Below are positions 26,262 through 39,429 of a stretch of 64,000 bases of DNA, in pieces. The position numbers and the translations under genes are program-made. Numbering within the stretch: position 1 is the first letter of the stretch; each line of letters opens with the position of its first letter. The notes beneath the pieces are model-generated. The model made no database searches, was not told the origin of the DNA, and was given only the letters and a program-made list of their open reading frames with translations. Source of the DNA: Narcine bancroftii (lineage: Eukaryota); contig NC_091476.1 in the NCBI RefSeq assembly GCF_036971445.1, forward strand, positions 131,378,001 to 131,442,000. The letters run 5' to 3'.

Positions 26262-26528
26262 TCCTTCCTTGGATAAACATAATGGCAGCGCTGGTGTGGA
26301 CAGCAAGGAGCAGCGATCCTAACAGTGATGCTAACAACTCTCTAGAGGCTTTAAATGCTCTGAATCCAGGGACACTCAGCATCTCTGAGGGGACTCTCTT
26401 TTTCTTCTCTTTCTCCTATTGTTGGGGGGGGGGGGGGGGAAGAACAATGCTCATTGTTTGCCTTATGGCAGATAAAAGTTTGTACATTATATTTTAATAT
26501 ATTATTTCATGACAATAAAAGAAATCTT
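26262..26528 (+). mobile_element. Unclassified short non-autonomous retroelement with a LINE-like tail
   Basis: Shares ctctcttttg/cttctc..tgccttatggca..gacaataaaa..aatctt with 36960-37257. Confidence 0.45.
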
Positions 26529-27037
26529 TGGTCTGGCCAAGATAAAATTCCACACATACTAGGACTCAATCTGTCCTCCTGACGGGCCACGTAAAGGGCA
26601 AATAAATGCCCTCTGATGTATGTCTCTGGTGGAGAAATAGAAGAGATAGCAGGCAATTCCTCCTGAAGAGGCAAAAAGCTTGGAGAGAGGTGCATCAGAA
26701 GGTGATGATCACAGAGGATGGAGAACATGTGGTCATCCATGAAGCCACTATCGCTCTTTGCTTTGAGGTTGCCTCCACTCCAGCCGACTCTGGTGTCGGA
26801 ACTTCATTTCCAAGGCGATTTTATGCTTCGCACTTACTTCATTCCAGTCATTCATGAGATGGAGAAGGCAAAGTGCCCCTTGGTTTTCTATGTTCAATTT
26901 GATCAGCTTTCAAATGCCCATTGTGTCCCATCTTGGCAGGGAAACTGTCAACAGCATGTTGACAAAATCTTCAATTACATAACACCTGGTCATCCCATAT
27001 AAAGTCATTGAAGGATAAAGTGTTGTCGGAAATATGG

Positions 27038-27039
<2 letters not shown>

Positions 27040-27072
<33 letters not shown>
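27040..27072. repeat. (CA)n microsatellite
   Basis: About 16 CA units visible. Confidence 0.95.
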
Positions 27073-27073
<1 letters not shown>

Positions 27074-27354
27074 CAAGATCCCGTAAAAAAACAATGTGAT
27101 AATTACCAGACCATCTGCTTTATAACATTGATTTGGGACCAATACAAACCAATCCTTTCCATCTCAGCTGAACAATGCTACCTCATCACATGTTGTTATT
27201 CTCCCTTCACACCGCACTGTTTGTATTAGCCAAAACCTTTAGACCGACTTTGGGCGCGTGGGACTTTAACTCCATCTCTGGACAGAGTCGTCAGACTGCA
27301 CAGGTTCTTTGTGCTGTGCATGCTCCAATACTGTTATCGCATCTTTTAAAAAGA

Positions 27355-27594
27355 TTAGATATACAGCATGGTAACAAGCCTTTTCAGCCCTCAAGCTGAT
27401 GCTGCCCAAGTACATCCAATTGATGTACAACCTGATACTATTTTTGATGGGTGAGAGGAAACTGGAGCACCCGGAGGAAACCCAAGCAGACACGAGGAGA
27501 AGGAACAAACTCCTTACAGACAATGACGGATTTGAACCCTGGTCACTGGCGCTGCAACAGCATTGTGCTAACCACTACCCTAACCATGCTGCCC
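27355..27594 (-). mobile_element. V-SINE copy
   Basis: Near-consensus V domain (GTGTCTGCTTGGGTTTCCTCCGGGTGCTCCAGTTTCCTC) and B box GGTTCAAATCC on the minus strand. Confidence 0.8.
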
Positions 27595-29892
27595 CAAGAG
27601 GTATAGAATCCTCTACCATCCTTAACTGCAGTGTGTGTAAATCGCCCACTGTGGGCACCTGACTACAATTAGCTGACTACAAGCTGAAAGTTTTTATAAA
27701 AGCCATCGTTCCCGAAAAACAAATGTCCTGGAGTAATTCTAATCTCTCCCCCCATTTAAATTATGTATAACCCAATGGAGTTCTACTATCGAGGATGATA
27801 GCTTCTGCACTCTGGATGAGATTATGGATTGGTACATTGTCATTTCAATATACTGTACCGCTTCAATAACTGGCATGATACAGCAGAATAAATTAAAACT
27901 TCAGTGATTCACCTGTCACTTAAATGAATTCAACACGAGACACAATTAGCACAAGAACAAATCCGGCACATATATTACAGCTCACAATTCTGATCATTCT
28001 TTCCCCAAACTTCCTTTTTGGATCTATTGTGACACAGCGAAGAACTAGGGTTGACTACAACTACCTCCACACAATGAATTCTTTTAACACAGTAACATCA
28101 TCTTGGAGGTGGAGCACACATGGGCACACCACCACCAGGCTGCACATCGCTCAGCCTCTGAAATACACAAATTTCTGGAACTCCAAACCCCAACAGCATT
28201 GTGTAGGACTTTCACTACAAGGACAAGAATCTAAAGCAGAAGTGAAAGCCTTTGGTCCTTCACAGAAGTACCAAAAACCAAAACTATGGCTGCACACAGG
28301 AATCAGACATACATTTAGAAAGACTTTACTAGTGTACATTAAGTATAGTTTGAACTACCAATGTAGCAATTCTGTCTTGCCTACAGAAAAAAAAGAATCT
28401 CAGGTTTGTTTGAAGTGTCATGTATGTACTCTGAGAATAAATCTGAAATCTAAATTTCAGGCTAGATTTATAGATGGAGGATCTGAGAAGGATGTGGTCC
28501 AAATGCAATTAGATGGGATCAGCTGTGAATCCCAACGTGGTAGACATGGATGAGGGAAACAGCGTAGGGAAAAGATGTTTGGACTGTCAAACACTGAATA
28601 ACTGTGTGCAAATTCATGGGGAAGCCAATGGTGGGGCACATGCAAAGGCTGAAAGTCTTACATGTGCCTACCACACCCCCCCCTCCACCCCAGGTGGACC
28701 CAATGTCCCAGGACATGTCCAGGGAGGAGACATGCTAATCTCTGGATATACTTACATGCCAGAAGAAAGCCCACTAGAGGGGATGGGGAATTGTCAATGG
28801 TAAAAAGCTCAAATAGAAAAGCCCAGTGGAATATTCAATGCTGAGCAGTGATATGGATACATTCCAGTTCGCCAATTATAGTAGCACGTCTACAGCGGAT
28901 GCCATCTCACTGGCTCTACACAAAGCCCTGGAACACCTGGACAGTAAAGATGCATAGATCAGGATGCTCTTTATCGACTACAGTTCAACATTTAACATCA
29001 TCATCCCATCAAAACTGATTAGCAAACTCCAAGACCTTGGAGTTAACACTTCACTGTGTAATTGGATCATGGATTTCCATGACGACAATCTGTGAAGATT
29101 GGCAAGAGCTTCTCCACAATCTCCATCAGTACTAGAGCACCACAGGGCTGTGTTCTTAGCCCCCTGTTCTACTCACTTTACACCTAAGTGGGTGGCTGAG
29201 TACAACAATAACATCATCTACAAATTTGCCTACGATACCACGGTAGTGGGTTGTACAAAGGAAGGGGATTAGTCAGCATTCAGAATGGGGATGAAAACTT
29301 GGCTAAATGGTGCAACAACAACAACCTTGCACTCAATGTCATCAAAACTAAGGAGCTGATTGTTGACCAGGAAAGGAAAGCCAATAGTGTACAATTCAAT
29401 GACCATTGGGGGATCAGAGGTGGAAAGCGTGATTAAATTTAAATTCTTGGGAGTCACAATATAAGAGGATATTTCCTGGACCCAACTGACCCATGGCATC
29501 GTGAAGAAAGCACAGCAGTGCCTCTACTTCCTCAGGAGTTTGCAGAGGTTTTGAATGACACCAGAAACCTTTTCAAATTTCTACAAAGGTGTGGTGAAAA
29601 GTGTGCTGACCGGCTGCATCACAGTCTGGTATGGGGATACCAATACTCCTGAGCAAAAATCCCTGCAAAGGGTATTGGACACAGCTCAGGTCATCACAGG
29701 CAAAACCCTCCCCACAAGTGAGAACATCTACAGGGAGCATTGTCGTTGGAGAGTAGCAGTAATCATCAAAAACCCACACTACCCAGCATATGCTCTGTTC
29801 TCACTGCTGCCATCGGGAAAGAGATATAGGTGCCACAAGACTCACACTACCAGATTCTGAACAGCTACTACCCCTCCACCATCAAACTCCTC

Positions 29893-30314
29893 TGTAAAGG
29901 TTAAAACCTTGTGTTTTTGATTCTTAGTTAACTTTGTGCCTATTTCTTTAAGAAGAAGTATTGTTTGTAGTGTTACCATAGTGACTATGATGTAATATTT
30001 CATAATCTCTGCACAGACTAAGATCTTGCATCTGTGTTCAACGAACTGTGAAGGTGACTTGAGCTCGAGATAATTTTCTTTGATTTTATTCGTCTTACTT
30101 TATCTTATTTCTTTTTGTATATCTCTTTGAAGTTGAAGTTATGCAAAATGTTTATCAATGAATTAAAGCTACTTAAAACTGCATCTACAAAGTTTGGTTT
30201 ATTGGATTAATAAGATAGTAATTCGGAATATTGTCCTTTCATTTCCTTGAAGATGATACATTTTGAAATTAGGAGATACTAGAACCTGGAAAGTGACAAA
30301 GAGACATTCTTTCA
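29893..30314 (+). repeat. 5' LTR of the BEL/Pao element
   Basis: Begins TGTAAAGGTTAAAA and most plausibly ends ..ctttCA at 30314. Aligns to 35165-35544. Confidence 0.8.
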
Positions 30315-33300
30315 GTAAAAAAAATAGAATATTCCAGAAGCCTCTATGATAATATATCTATGTTGTCTGACAATTGTGCAGTTTAAAATTGAATCAAGTC
30401 TAGGAAGACACCTGTGACCTTGGGAAGATAAGATAGAACTCTGGTTTGCAGAATCTGGCAGGAAGCCCAAAAAAAAAATGTTCTTGAAAGTTATAAACAT
30501 TAATGATAAAAAGATTGATGCAGAACATAGCAAAGACAATTCAATTAAGCAGCATCCTCTCAAATGGACCAAGCAAGATACAAATTTGTTTACAGTTCCT
30601 AGGAACCAGGATAAGCCAAAAGTGTGAAGAATCCAAGATGGATAAGAAGTCTTATCAGGCTAAAGACCTCAAGCAAACAGCTCCTCTCAAAGAGCTGTCT
30701 GGTTGTGAGTTAAGGCAGACCAACAACGCTTGGCAGGAGGTTGGAGCCAGCCACCATAGAAGAAGTGGCTTCAAATACCAAGAAGAAGAATCTGGTAAGG
30801 CACTGCAGGCCTCATTAGCTGACTTAAATGTTAGTGGAACTGGAAGAGATGAATGTACGTTGCAAAGCCCCACTGGTGCTGTATCAAGCAAAATGCTGAA
30901 AATAGAGACTCAATCAGCAGTATCTAAAAGTTCAGATGTGAATCCTGATGATAGTATTTCCAAGGTTGTGAGCGTAGGAAGATCTTCAAAGTCATCTAGA
31001 GCAAGTACAGCTTTGCGTGCCTCAAGCATATCAGCTATGCTTGCTAAGACGCAAGCAGACCTGGCTGCTGTCTGCACAATGTGGAGTGGTTGGAGAAAAG
31101 ACATGATCTAGAAGATATGGAAGCTGAAAGGAAGGAACAACAATTGGAGCAAGAAGACAGAATAGATTATTGAAGAGAAAAAAAGAAAAGACTAGACATG
31201 CTATGAATATGGCCAAAGTAGAAGCATTAGCTCAGGCTCAAAGTGAAATATTATTTCTTGGTCAGCAATAAAATCAGAGGACACAAAGGTGTTACAAACA
31301 TACACCCTCTTTCTGAGAGGATGTTGCAATGCAACGAGAAGTAGTGTACATCTGCAAGAGCTGAATTTGCTTGCTAATTTGTCAATAAATTACTTTATAA
31401 GCTGAGGGACTTATGAGAACCAAGGTTGCAGATCTTAAGATTCTTCCTGACAGGAATGCCATTTTTAAGGATGTTGTACAATTTTTGGAATAGCATGTGC
31501 ATATTAACACTGTACCAGTATTTGGAAATATTAAAAATACTTCAATAGTTCCTAAAGATGTAAAGAAGTCTAAATCATTGTTTCAACAGAAACTAAAGGG
31601 AAGTACCTTTGGTACTGCTGTGTCAGATACAAGCACAAAAATGAACAAGGAAACAAAGGAAAAAGAAGATCAGACTGTTCAGGAAAGCTGTTTGTATTGC
31701 AAAGATAAGCATGCTTTAGAAAAATGTTAATGAGTGGAGAAAAAGCTGTATGACAAGAAATTAACCTTTTTAAAGAATGGAATATATTTTGGTTGCTTGT
31801 GAAAAGGTCACATCAGCAAAACTTGTAATATGCGACTCATTTGTGATATATGCAGTTTAAAACATCCCAAGTTACTGCATACTCAATGAAATAAAGTTAA
31901 GAAGGAAGTCAAACAATCTGAATCCAAGACTAAAGACACAATCAAAGAGAATGCCTCAGCTTTGGTTGAGACCAACAGTTTTACTGGGGCCGGTGACAAA
32001 GCTCTCTCAATAGTTCCTGTACAGGTCAAAGCTAAAAAAGAAAGATTCTTACTGAAGACCTACAAATTTCTTAATCCAGGAAGTACCGCATCATTTTGTA
32101 CTGTTAAATTAATGAATAAACTTAATCTTCATTGTAAAAGATCACAGATCTTGTTGAAGACAATGAACAATGAAAGGAACATTGAAACTAATATAGTTTC
32201 AGGTTTACAGATTGCTGGATTGAATATCAATGAATATTGCGATCTTCCAAGTGTATATACTCAGAAGACTATGCCAGTGAATAAGGAGAATATTCCTTAT
32301 CAGGATGATATCAAACAGTTGGATTATCTAAAAGAAATTTACTTACCCAAGACTGATGCTAAGATTGAGATATTAATTGGATTAGATGTACAAAAAACTC
32401 TTAAACCGCTAGAACTAATAAGGAGTCAAAATGGTGGACCTTATGCCATGAGAGCATTGCTTGGATGGACAATTAACAGACCATTAGGAGGAAAAATGAA
32501 TAATGATCAGGAGTCAAATGTAAATGTCAATCGAGTTTCAGTTGTCAAACTTAATGATCTGTGGGAACAACATTTTAAAATTTATTTTCTTGAATGTCTC
32601 ACAGATATTCAGGAACCTTCAAAGGAGGATAAGCAGTTTCTGGATTTAGTTTCAAATTCTGTTAAACATGTTGATGGTCATTACTGTACAGTATTACCTT
32701 TGAATAAAAGAAAAATTTCTATGCCAGACAACAAAATAATTGCAGGAAAGCATATGCTGAATTTGAAGAGTAAATTCTTCCTTTCATTTGAAATATACCA
32801 ATGCCATGTTGGACAAGATATCCAAGGGTTATGTAGAAAAGGTATCAGAAGATATCTTGGACCATAAAGATGGTAGAAAATTGTATTTACCTCATCATGG
32901 AGTTATACATCCATAAAAGGAGAAACTACATGTAGCATTTGATTGTGGAGCATCATTTCAGGGAGTTTCATTGAATTCTCAACTTTTATAAGGTCCAGAC
33001 ATAATCAGTACTTTGATAGGTGTTCTGATAAGATCTTGTAAAGAGCCTATTGTAATTGCTGCAGATGTTGAAGCGATGTTTCATCAAGTGAAAGAACCAT
33101 CAGTACATCATGATTTTTTTACGATTGTTATGGTGGCCTAATGGAGATTACAGTAAAGATATGATTGAATATAGAATGACAGTTCATTTATTTGGAGCAA
33201 CTTCGTCACCGAGTTGTATAAATTTTGCTCTCAGGAAATGTGCTAAAGATAATGAAGAGCAATTTAGTTCTCAAGCTACAAACACCATCAGCAATAATTT

Positions 33301-35164
33301 CTATGTTGATGATTGTTTTACTTCAGTGGTTTCAGAAAAAGAAGCAATAAATCTTGATGATGAGTTAAAAGAGATCTGTAATAAAGGAGGTTTCTTCTTT
33401 TAGCAATGGATTAGCAGCAGTCGAGATGTGTTGGATGTTATTCCTGAAGCAGAAAGAGCAAAGGAGATAAAACATCTTGATTTGGATTGTGACGTTCTAC
33501 CTGTTGAAAGAATTCGAGGTGTGCAATGGTGTGTTCAAGCTGACGTTTTCAAATTCAAAATTGTTTTTAAAGAACAGCGTTTGACGAGATAAGGTATTCT
33601 TCCAGGTAAACTCAATATATGATCCTTTGGGAATATTGGCACCAGTAGTATTCATAGCTAAAAAAATCTGCAAGAATTATGCAGAAGAAAATTTGAATGG
33701 GATGAAACTATACCAGATTGCATCGCACAAGATTGGATGAATTGGATTGGGAGTCTTGAAAGGTTATAAAGTTTTGAAGTCAACAGATGTTTTAAACCTA
33801 CTGACTTTGCAATTGCCACATTTGCTTAGTTATATCATTTTGCTGACGCAAGCGAAGGTGGTTTTGATGCTATCGGTTATTTAGAACTGAGAAATAACCA
33901 AGAGCGAGTACATTGTGGATTTGTAATGGGAAAAACCAGAGTTGCTCCATTAAAGCCAGTCACCATACCTCATATGGAATTGACTGCTGCTACTATGGCG
34001 AGTAAAGTGGACACTATGTAAAGAAGAGAATTACAGATAGAGTTAACAGATTTTATGTTTTGGACTGATAGTACATCAGTGCTTAAAAACATTAACAACA
34101 AAACCATGAGCTTTAGTACCTTTGTGACTAACAAATTTAACAAGATCAAAAAGGTTTTGAATGCTAAGCATGGACAACAACAAATGGTAAATTTGCTACA
34201 AGACAGAGTTTTGCCTGATGAACCCCCTTTTACATACATGGGAGTTGATTATTTTGGTCCTTTGCAAGTAAAATGAGGAAGAAGTGTTGAAAAATGATAC
34301 GGAGTTATTTTTACTTGTTTGACTCCAAGAGCAATCGCTTGATACAGACTCTTTTATCAACGTTCTTCAATGTTTTATCACTAGACGTGGTCAAGTAAAG
34401 GAATTACATTCTGATAATGGATCTTACTTTACAGGAGCTCAAGTAGAGTTACAAAAACCAATTCAAAATTGGAATTAACATCAAATTCATGATGCATTAC
34501 TTCAGAAAGAAATTAACTGGATATTTAACCCACCCACAGGATCACATCATGGAGGTATGTGGGAAAGAATGATTGGATCAATCAAGAATATTCTTAATTT
34601 CTTAAATACTTAATGATGACAATCTTCAGACAGTATTGTGTGAAATCGAAGCTATTTTAAATAGTCGTCCAATAATGAAAATTTCCGTCAATTCAAATGA
34701 CATTGAGGCACTTACATCAAATCATCTCTTACTTCTTAAATCTAAACCTTTAATGCCTACAGGTCAATTTCAGAAAGAAGCTATCTATACAAGACACAGA
34801 TGGAAACAAGTGCAGCTTCTTGCGGATTATTTTGGAAAATATGGATTTGAAGAATATCTTTCATTATCACAAGAAAAACAAGAATGGCCTTAAGCTAAAT
34901 GCAATTTTGTATGTGGAAATTATCATGGGCAATTGTGCACCAAGAAATTCTTGGTTGCTGTGGAAAATCGTGGATACAGTTCTGGACAAGAAAGGTTTTG
35001 TTCAGCAAGTGTGGATTAAAACCAAGAATGGTTACTAATATCTGTCTTTACAAGAAGCAGAAAGTTTTGATTTATGTTATACTTACCATATTTACTTTTT
35101 CATCTGTAATAGTAATTATTATATATTAGTCATTAATGTCTATTATAATAAATAGGGGTCAGAA

Positions 35165-35544
35165 TGTAAAGGTTAAAATCTTGTTTTTGATTGTTAGTTA
35201 ATTTTGTGCCCATCTCTTAAAGAAAACTATTGTTTGTATTGTTACTGTAGTGATGATGACATATGTCATAATCTCCACACAGAGTAAGAACTTGCATCTG
35301 TCTTCAACGAACTATGAGATGTGACCTCGAGATCATTTTCTTTGAATTCGCTGTTTTTCTTTTTTTTTATATATCTCTTTGAAGTTGAAGCTATGCAAAA
35401 TGTTTATCTGTTTTATCAACAAATTAAAGCTACTTAAAGCTGCATCTACAAAATTTGGTTTATTGGATTAATAAGATAGAAATTCGGTATATCGTCCTTG
35501 AAGATGACACATTTTGATATTAGGACATATTAGTGCCGTCTCTA
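35165..35544 (+). repeat. 3' LTR of the BEL/Pao element
   Basis: Begins TGTAAAGGTTAAAA, preceded by the purine-rich PPT-like aataggggtcagaa. The 3' end is shortened relative to the 5' LTR and ends in TA before the TSD. Confidence 0.85.
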
Positions 35545-36324
35545 TCCTCAACGACAAACTCAGACTCATTTAAGGGCTCTTAATTGTGCACTTTATTGAT
35601 TTTCTTTTTGTCCTCTCTGTATTACATAGTTTGTTTACAGTTTTGTTTGTTTACATGTTTTATGCTGTGTCCAGTTTACTTTTCGTACTATCAATTGGTG
35701 GTAGTTCTGCCGCACCCACAGGAGAAAGGAATCTCAGGGTTGTCTTTGATGTCATGTATGTACTCTCACAATATATATGAAATCTGAAAATCCTGTGAGA
35801 GATATGGATTGTTCAAATGGGCCATCGTCCGGTAAGAAATGGTTGATGGAAAAACCAGATTCACTTTAAGCTAAAACCACACTGATCATAGAGGACAATG
35901 CAGTGGGAAAACTTCTTGGGAATTTCACAGGATAAGTGCTCCTAATTCCAGCCTTTGAAAGCAGACAGGTAAATGGCCACAGGAAAGAAAAACCTCAACT
36001 ATCTTTCTTAAAAATATACTATCGTAAAAGCCTGCAGAAAGCTGGAGCGGCCTGCAGAGTGGCAACCTCAACCACTCCCCAATTAATATTTCACTTTCAA
36101 ATCTCCACGCAAAAGACATTAGAGGGAATGCAGATAATTAACAAAGATCAACGGCATCTTTATGCTGGTTAATGAAGTGCTTAACACAATTAGAGCAACT
36201 CATTGTGTTCATATACGTGATTAGTCTCTGCAGCTGCATCTGAATTTTTGCTCATTTACACAATTTATGATGCTGAATTTAAACTGTGCCCTCCAAAACC
36301 AACAGATGATAGTTGGAGGCAATG

Positions 36325-36935
36325 ATAGAGTTTGTGGATGACACGATGGCTGGAAGTGGTGTGGGTGGCAAGGAAGGTTGTCCAAGGCTACACCAGGATA
36401 TAGAATGAATGGAATATTGAGCAGAGAGTTGGGAGGTGAAGTTTAATTCTGCATCTTAGGAAATAAAATAGGGGGTAGGACATAGACAGTAATGGTCAGG
36501 GCAGTAAGGAAGGGTGATGAACAGAGGGCCAGAGGATTAAGCCTATACGCTCCCTGAAAGTGACCAGGATGGTTAGGGCAAAAGATGCATGCTTGCTTTC
36601 ATTGGTTGGGGCAGAGAACAAGCATCAGAGCTCAGGATGCAACATTGCAAAACACTGGCAAGAACGCACTTGGACTACAGTGTGTAGTTCTGGTTAATAC
36701 ACAGTGGGATAGATGTGGACAGAGAGAGTAGAAGAGAATCACCAGGATGTTGCCTGGATCAGAGAGCTTTAATTATATGAGAGGTTGGGTAGACTGGGTT
36801 CAATTGCCTGGATGATCTGATTGAGAAGGTCAGTGAATAGCCAGTCTGTTACCCATGGTGGGAGTTTCAAAAAACAGATATGAAGATGAGAGGACAGAGT
36901 TTTGAAAGGGATTTGAAGGGCAACTTTTTTTTTGT
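36325..36935 (+). mobile_element. CR1 LINE ORF2 C-terminal fragment
   Basis: Degenerate FVDDT (FADD) motif, then ..LQHCKTLARTHLDYSV*FW.. and TRMLPG. Confidence 0.75.
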
Positions 36936-36959
36936 CCATTGAGAATGACCACCTCTGGC

Positions 36960-37257
36960 TGAAGGAGTACCAGGTATCAGAACCAGGCCGAGAGCTGCTA
37001 CTGGAGGCTTCCTGATCATGTCAGAAGTCTGCATCTGGAGCTCAGGTTGCTAATGGTTTAGACTGTGTGGCTGCGGGAGTGCTGGAGGTGAAACGATGGA
37101 CAATAGGTATCTCTCTTTTGCTTCTCTTTCTCTGACTGAAAGGGGTACCAGGTAATTTCTGTTGATAGCAAAACTGCCTTATGGCAAACTGAAGGAAATT
37201 TCATGTAATAACACTTTTTCTATTTTATTTCAGGACAATAAAATCATCTTGAATCTT
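36960..37257 (+). mobile_element. Unclassified short non-autonomous retroelement (same family as 26262-26528)
   Basis: Shared internal blocks and the tail gacaataaaatcatcttgaatctt. Confidence 0.45.
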
Positions 37258-38765
37258 AAACCAGATATAGTCACCATGTTGAAACATTTACACAGGCACT
37301 TAAATAGGCAAGGATAAGAGAGAAGCTGGGACCTGATGGAACTGTTTCCACAATCCCAGGAGTCATGAAATGTAATTACAAAAGCCAAAAATCTTGGGTG
37401 CTCCTTCACTTGCCCTAGACCATAGATCATGGAGCACCAGGATAGGGAAGTCTTGAATCTCTTCCCACATAGCTGCAAAAATCCCATTGATGGGGAAAAC
37501 TGAGAAATTTCACATTTTGATTGTATTTGCCACCTTGTTTTAGACCTTACTGATTTACTTTCCTACATCACGGACGAGAAACACTGCACTAAGGAAACGT
37601 GTCATAAAAGGTTCTGCCACATGACTCATACAAAGACCCTGGCTCATTCCTCTGTTCATCCAGATAGCTTGGTATCCCTAAACCTGACAGAGAAGTCGTT
37701 TCAATTAGAAACGGGTGCCAGTGTCAAAAATCAAGGTGACATTCTCCGCACTGAACCATTGAGATTGCACCGCAGAGCAGATCGCTGAAAGGAAGTCAAA
37801 TTCAAAGTACAATTAGACTGGTGTGGAAGCAGATGATCTGCAACAAACATCTTAAGCAAATAAGCAGCTTATTCAAACCATATTCAATTAAATGGGAAAG
37901 ATTTATACTAGCAACAATGGAAAGTAAATCTGCAACCTGAAAGTTTATTTAATTAAGGCTCCTGCAGTTTACGATTATGATCTCTGTTATTCAGGGTCCA
38001 TTTACTTTTATTTACAATCTTTGTTAGTGAAAAAAAATCCTTGCAGAGAGTGCCCCACAAATATAAACAATTAAATCCAGTGCTTGGCACTTGTCTGAGG
38101 TTGTGGAAAGCGACCAGCAATGGGATTGGGGACTGATTTTAATTTGCCACTGCAGTTGAGAAAAAGACAATTACCACATCACCACTCGCAGCAGGTTGTT
38201 CAGACATCAGAATCAGAATTTATTGTCAGGAAAATGTCACAAAATTTGTTATTTTGTGGATGGATTACAGGATAAGTATTGCTATAAAATACATTTAACA
38301 AAAGTAAATTAGTGCAAAAGAACGGAAAGTGAGATAGAGTCTGTAGTTCAATGTCATTCACCGAATCACAGAGCACTGTTGACCCGATGAGCTGGGAGGG
38401 CAGAGGGAACAAAGAACATGGAACAGTACAGCTAATACAGGCCCTTCAGCCCATGAAAAACACTGAATTTCATGATTCGTTTATGACAATAAATTTTGAA
38501 TCTGATGTGCTGACCTATAGAAACCCACTTCACAATCAATCTGACCCCTCCCTCCCTCACAGTCCAGAACCATCCATGTGCTCACCCAAGAGTATTTTAA
38601 ATGTGCCTTTTGTGCCAGCATACGAGGCACAAGTCAGGAGTGTGATGGAAATTCCCAGGGCATCCAGAGAGAAGCTCTACATCATCTGGCCAAGACATTG
38701 TCCACCAGCAGCATCACTCCCTCCTCCTCCACCAGTCCAGTGGCTGCAGTGTGCACATTCTACAG

Positions 38766-39429
38766 CAATGGTTCTCAATTCTTTTCTTTCCACTCACACA
38801 CCACTTTAAGTATTCTCTATGTCATAGGTACTCTGTGATTAATAAGGGATTGCTTAAGGTGGTATTGTGGCAACGCACAAATCTGCCACGACGAACCAGC
38901 CCTGCTTGTTATGCATGGTCAGCGGGGAAGTCGCGGCAGAGATGGGAATGTGTTCCCATTTCTTCTGCTCCATGATGGAAGTTGGTGTGCGCGCTTGCAT
39001 CAGCGTGACACAAGCGGCAGAGCATACACATGGTCCAACCACTTCGCTGAAAAGTAAGCGCGCAAAGTTTAAATAAGCTTTCCTGTTGCGACCTCAGAGC
39101 TCACAGTCTGTGTCTCCAGTCTGTTCACTCGCTCACATCCAGCATGCTACAGCATGTGGATGGAAAGAAAAAGTTTGATAACCACTGTTTTAATTGTACC
39201 TAATTGACTCATTATGTGCACGGTTTCATAACTCCAAAGAAAATGGGCTAAAGACAATTTTTCTCAAGCAAACTATTTCAGTATCAATTTGGTCTAGAGT
39301 AGTAATTCTCAACCTTCCCTTCTACTCACATACCACCTAAAGCAATCCCCTACCAATCACAAAGCACTTATGGCATAGGGATTACTTAAAGTAGTATGTG
39401 AATGGAAAGAAAAAGGTTGAGAATCACTG
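38766..39429. mobile_element. hAT (Charlie-like) MITE with duplicated internal TIR-like units
   Basis: TIRs CAATGGTTCTCAA.. and ..TTGAGAATCACTG, with long subterminal inverted repeats. 8-bp TSD ttctacag (38758-38765) / ttctacaa (39430-39437). Extra internal TIR copies at ~39156-39187 and ~39300-39337. Confidence 0.85.
38866..39151 (+). mobile_element. Probable solo LTR (Gypsy-like) nested in the MITE
   Basis: TG...CA ends with the short inverted repeat TGTGGCA/TGCTACA. 4-bp TSD gtat/gcat (one mismatch). It interrupts the MITE motif ggtggtat|gtg. Confidence 0.6.

Larger units (their letters stand above)
29893..35544 (+). mobile_element. BEL/Pao LTR retrotransposon, two LTRs, decayed gag-pol
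   Basis: The LTRs are mutually homologous. 5-bp TSD tcctc at 29888-29892 and 35545-35549. Domain order: zinc knuckle (CLYCKDKHALEKC), protease (FLNPGSTASF), RT (LRLLWWP..MTVHLFGATSSPSC..FYVDD), RNase H (HFADAS, FWTDST), integrase (GVDYFGP, HSDNG, EIEAILNSRP). Confidence 0.93.
28885..35790 (+). mobile_element. Rex1/Babar-type LINE (RT to 3' tail), split by the BEL/Pao insertion into 28885-29892 and 35550-35790
   Basis: Motifs [61 protein letters not shown] and SVLTGCITVWYG. The LINE 3' UTR resumes after the BEL element (aacgacaaactcagactcatttaagg) and ends with an atctgaaa tail. Confidence 0.9.

Noticed and set aside
27924-28553. 209-aa ORF
   Set aside because: No recognisable domain. It overlaps L2, Rex-tail and CR1 remnants and is probably a chance ORF.
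30503-32867. 202-aa and 301-aa ORFs as host genes
   Set aside because: They are fragments of the decayed BEL/Pao gag-protease polyprotein.
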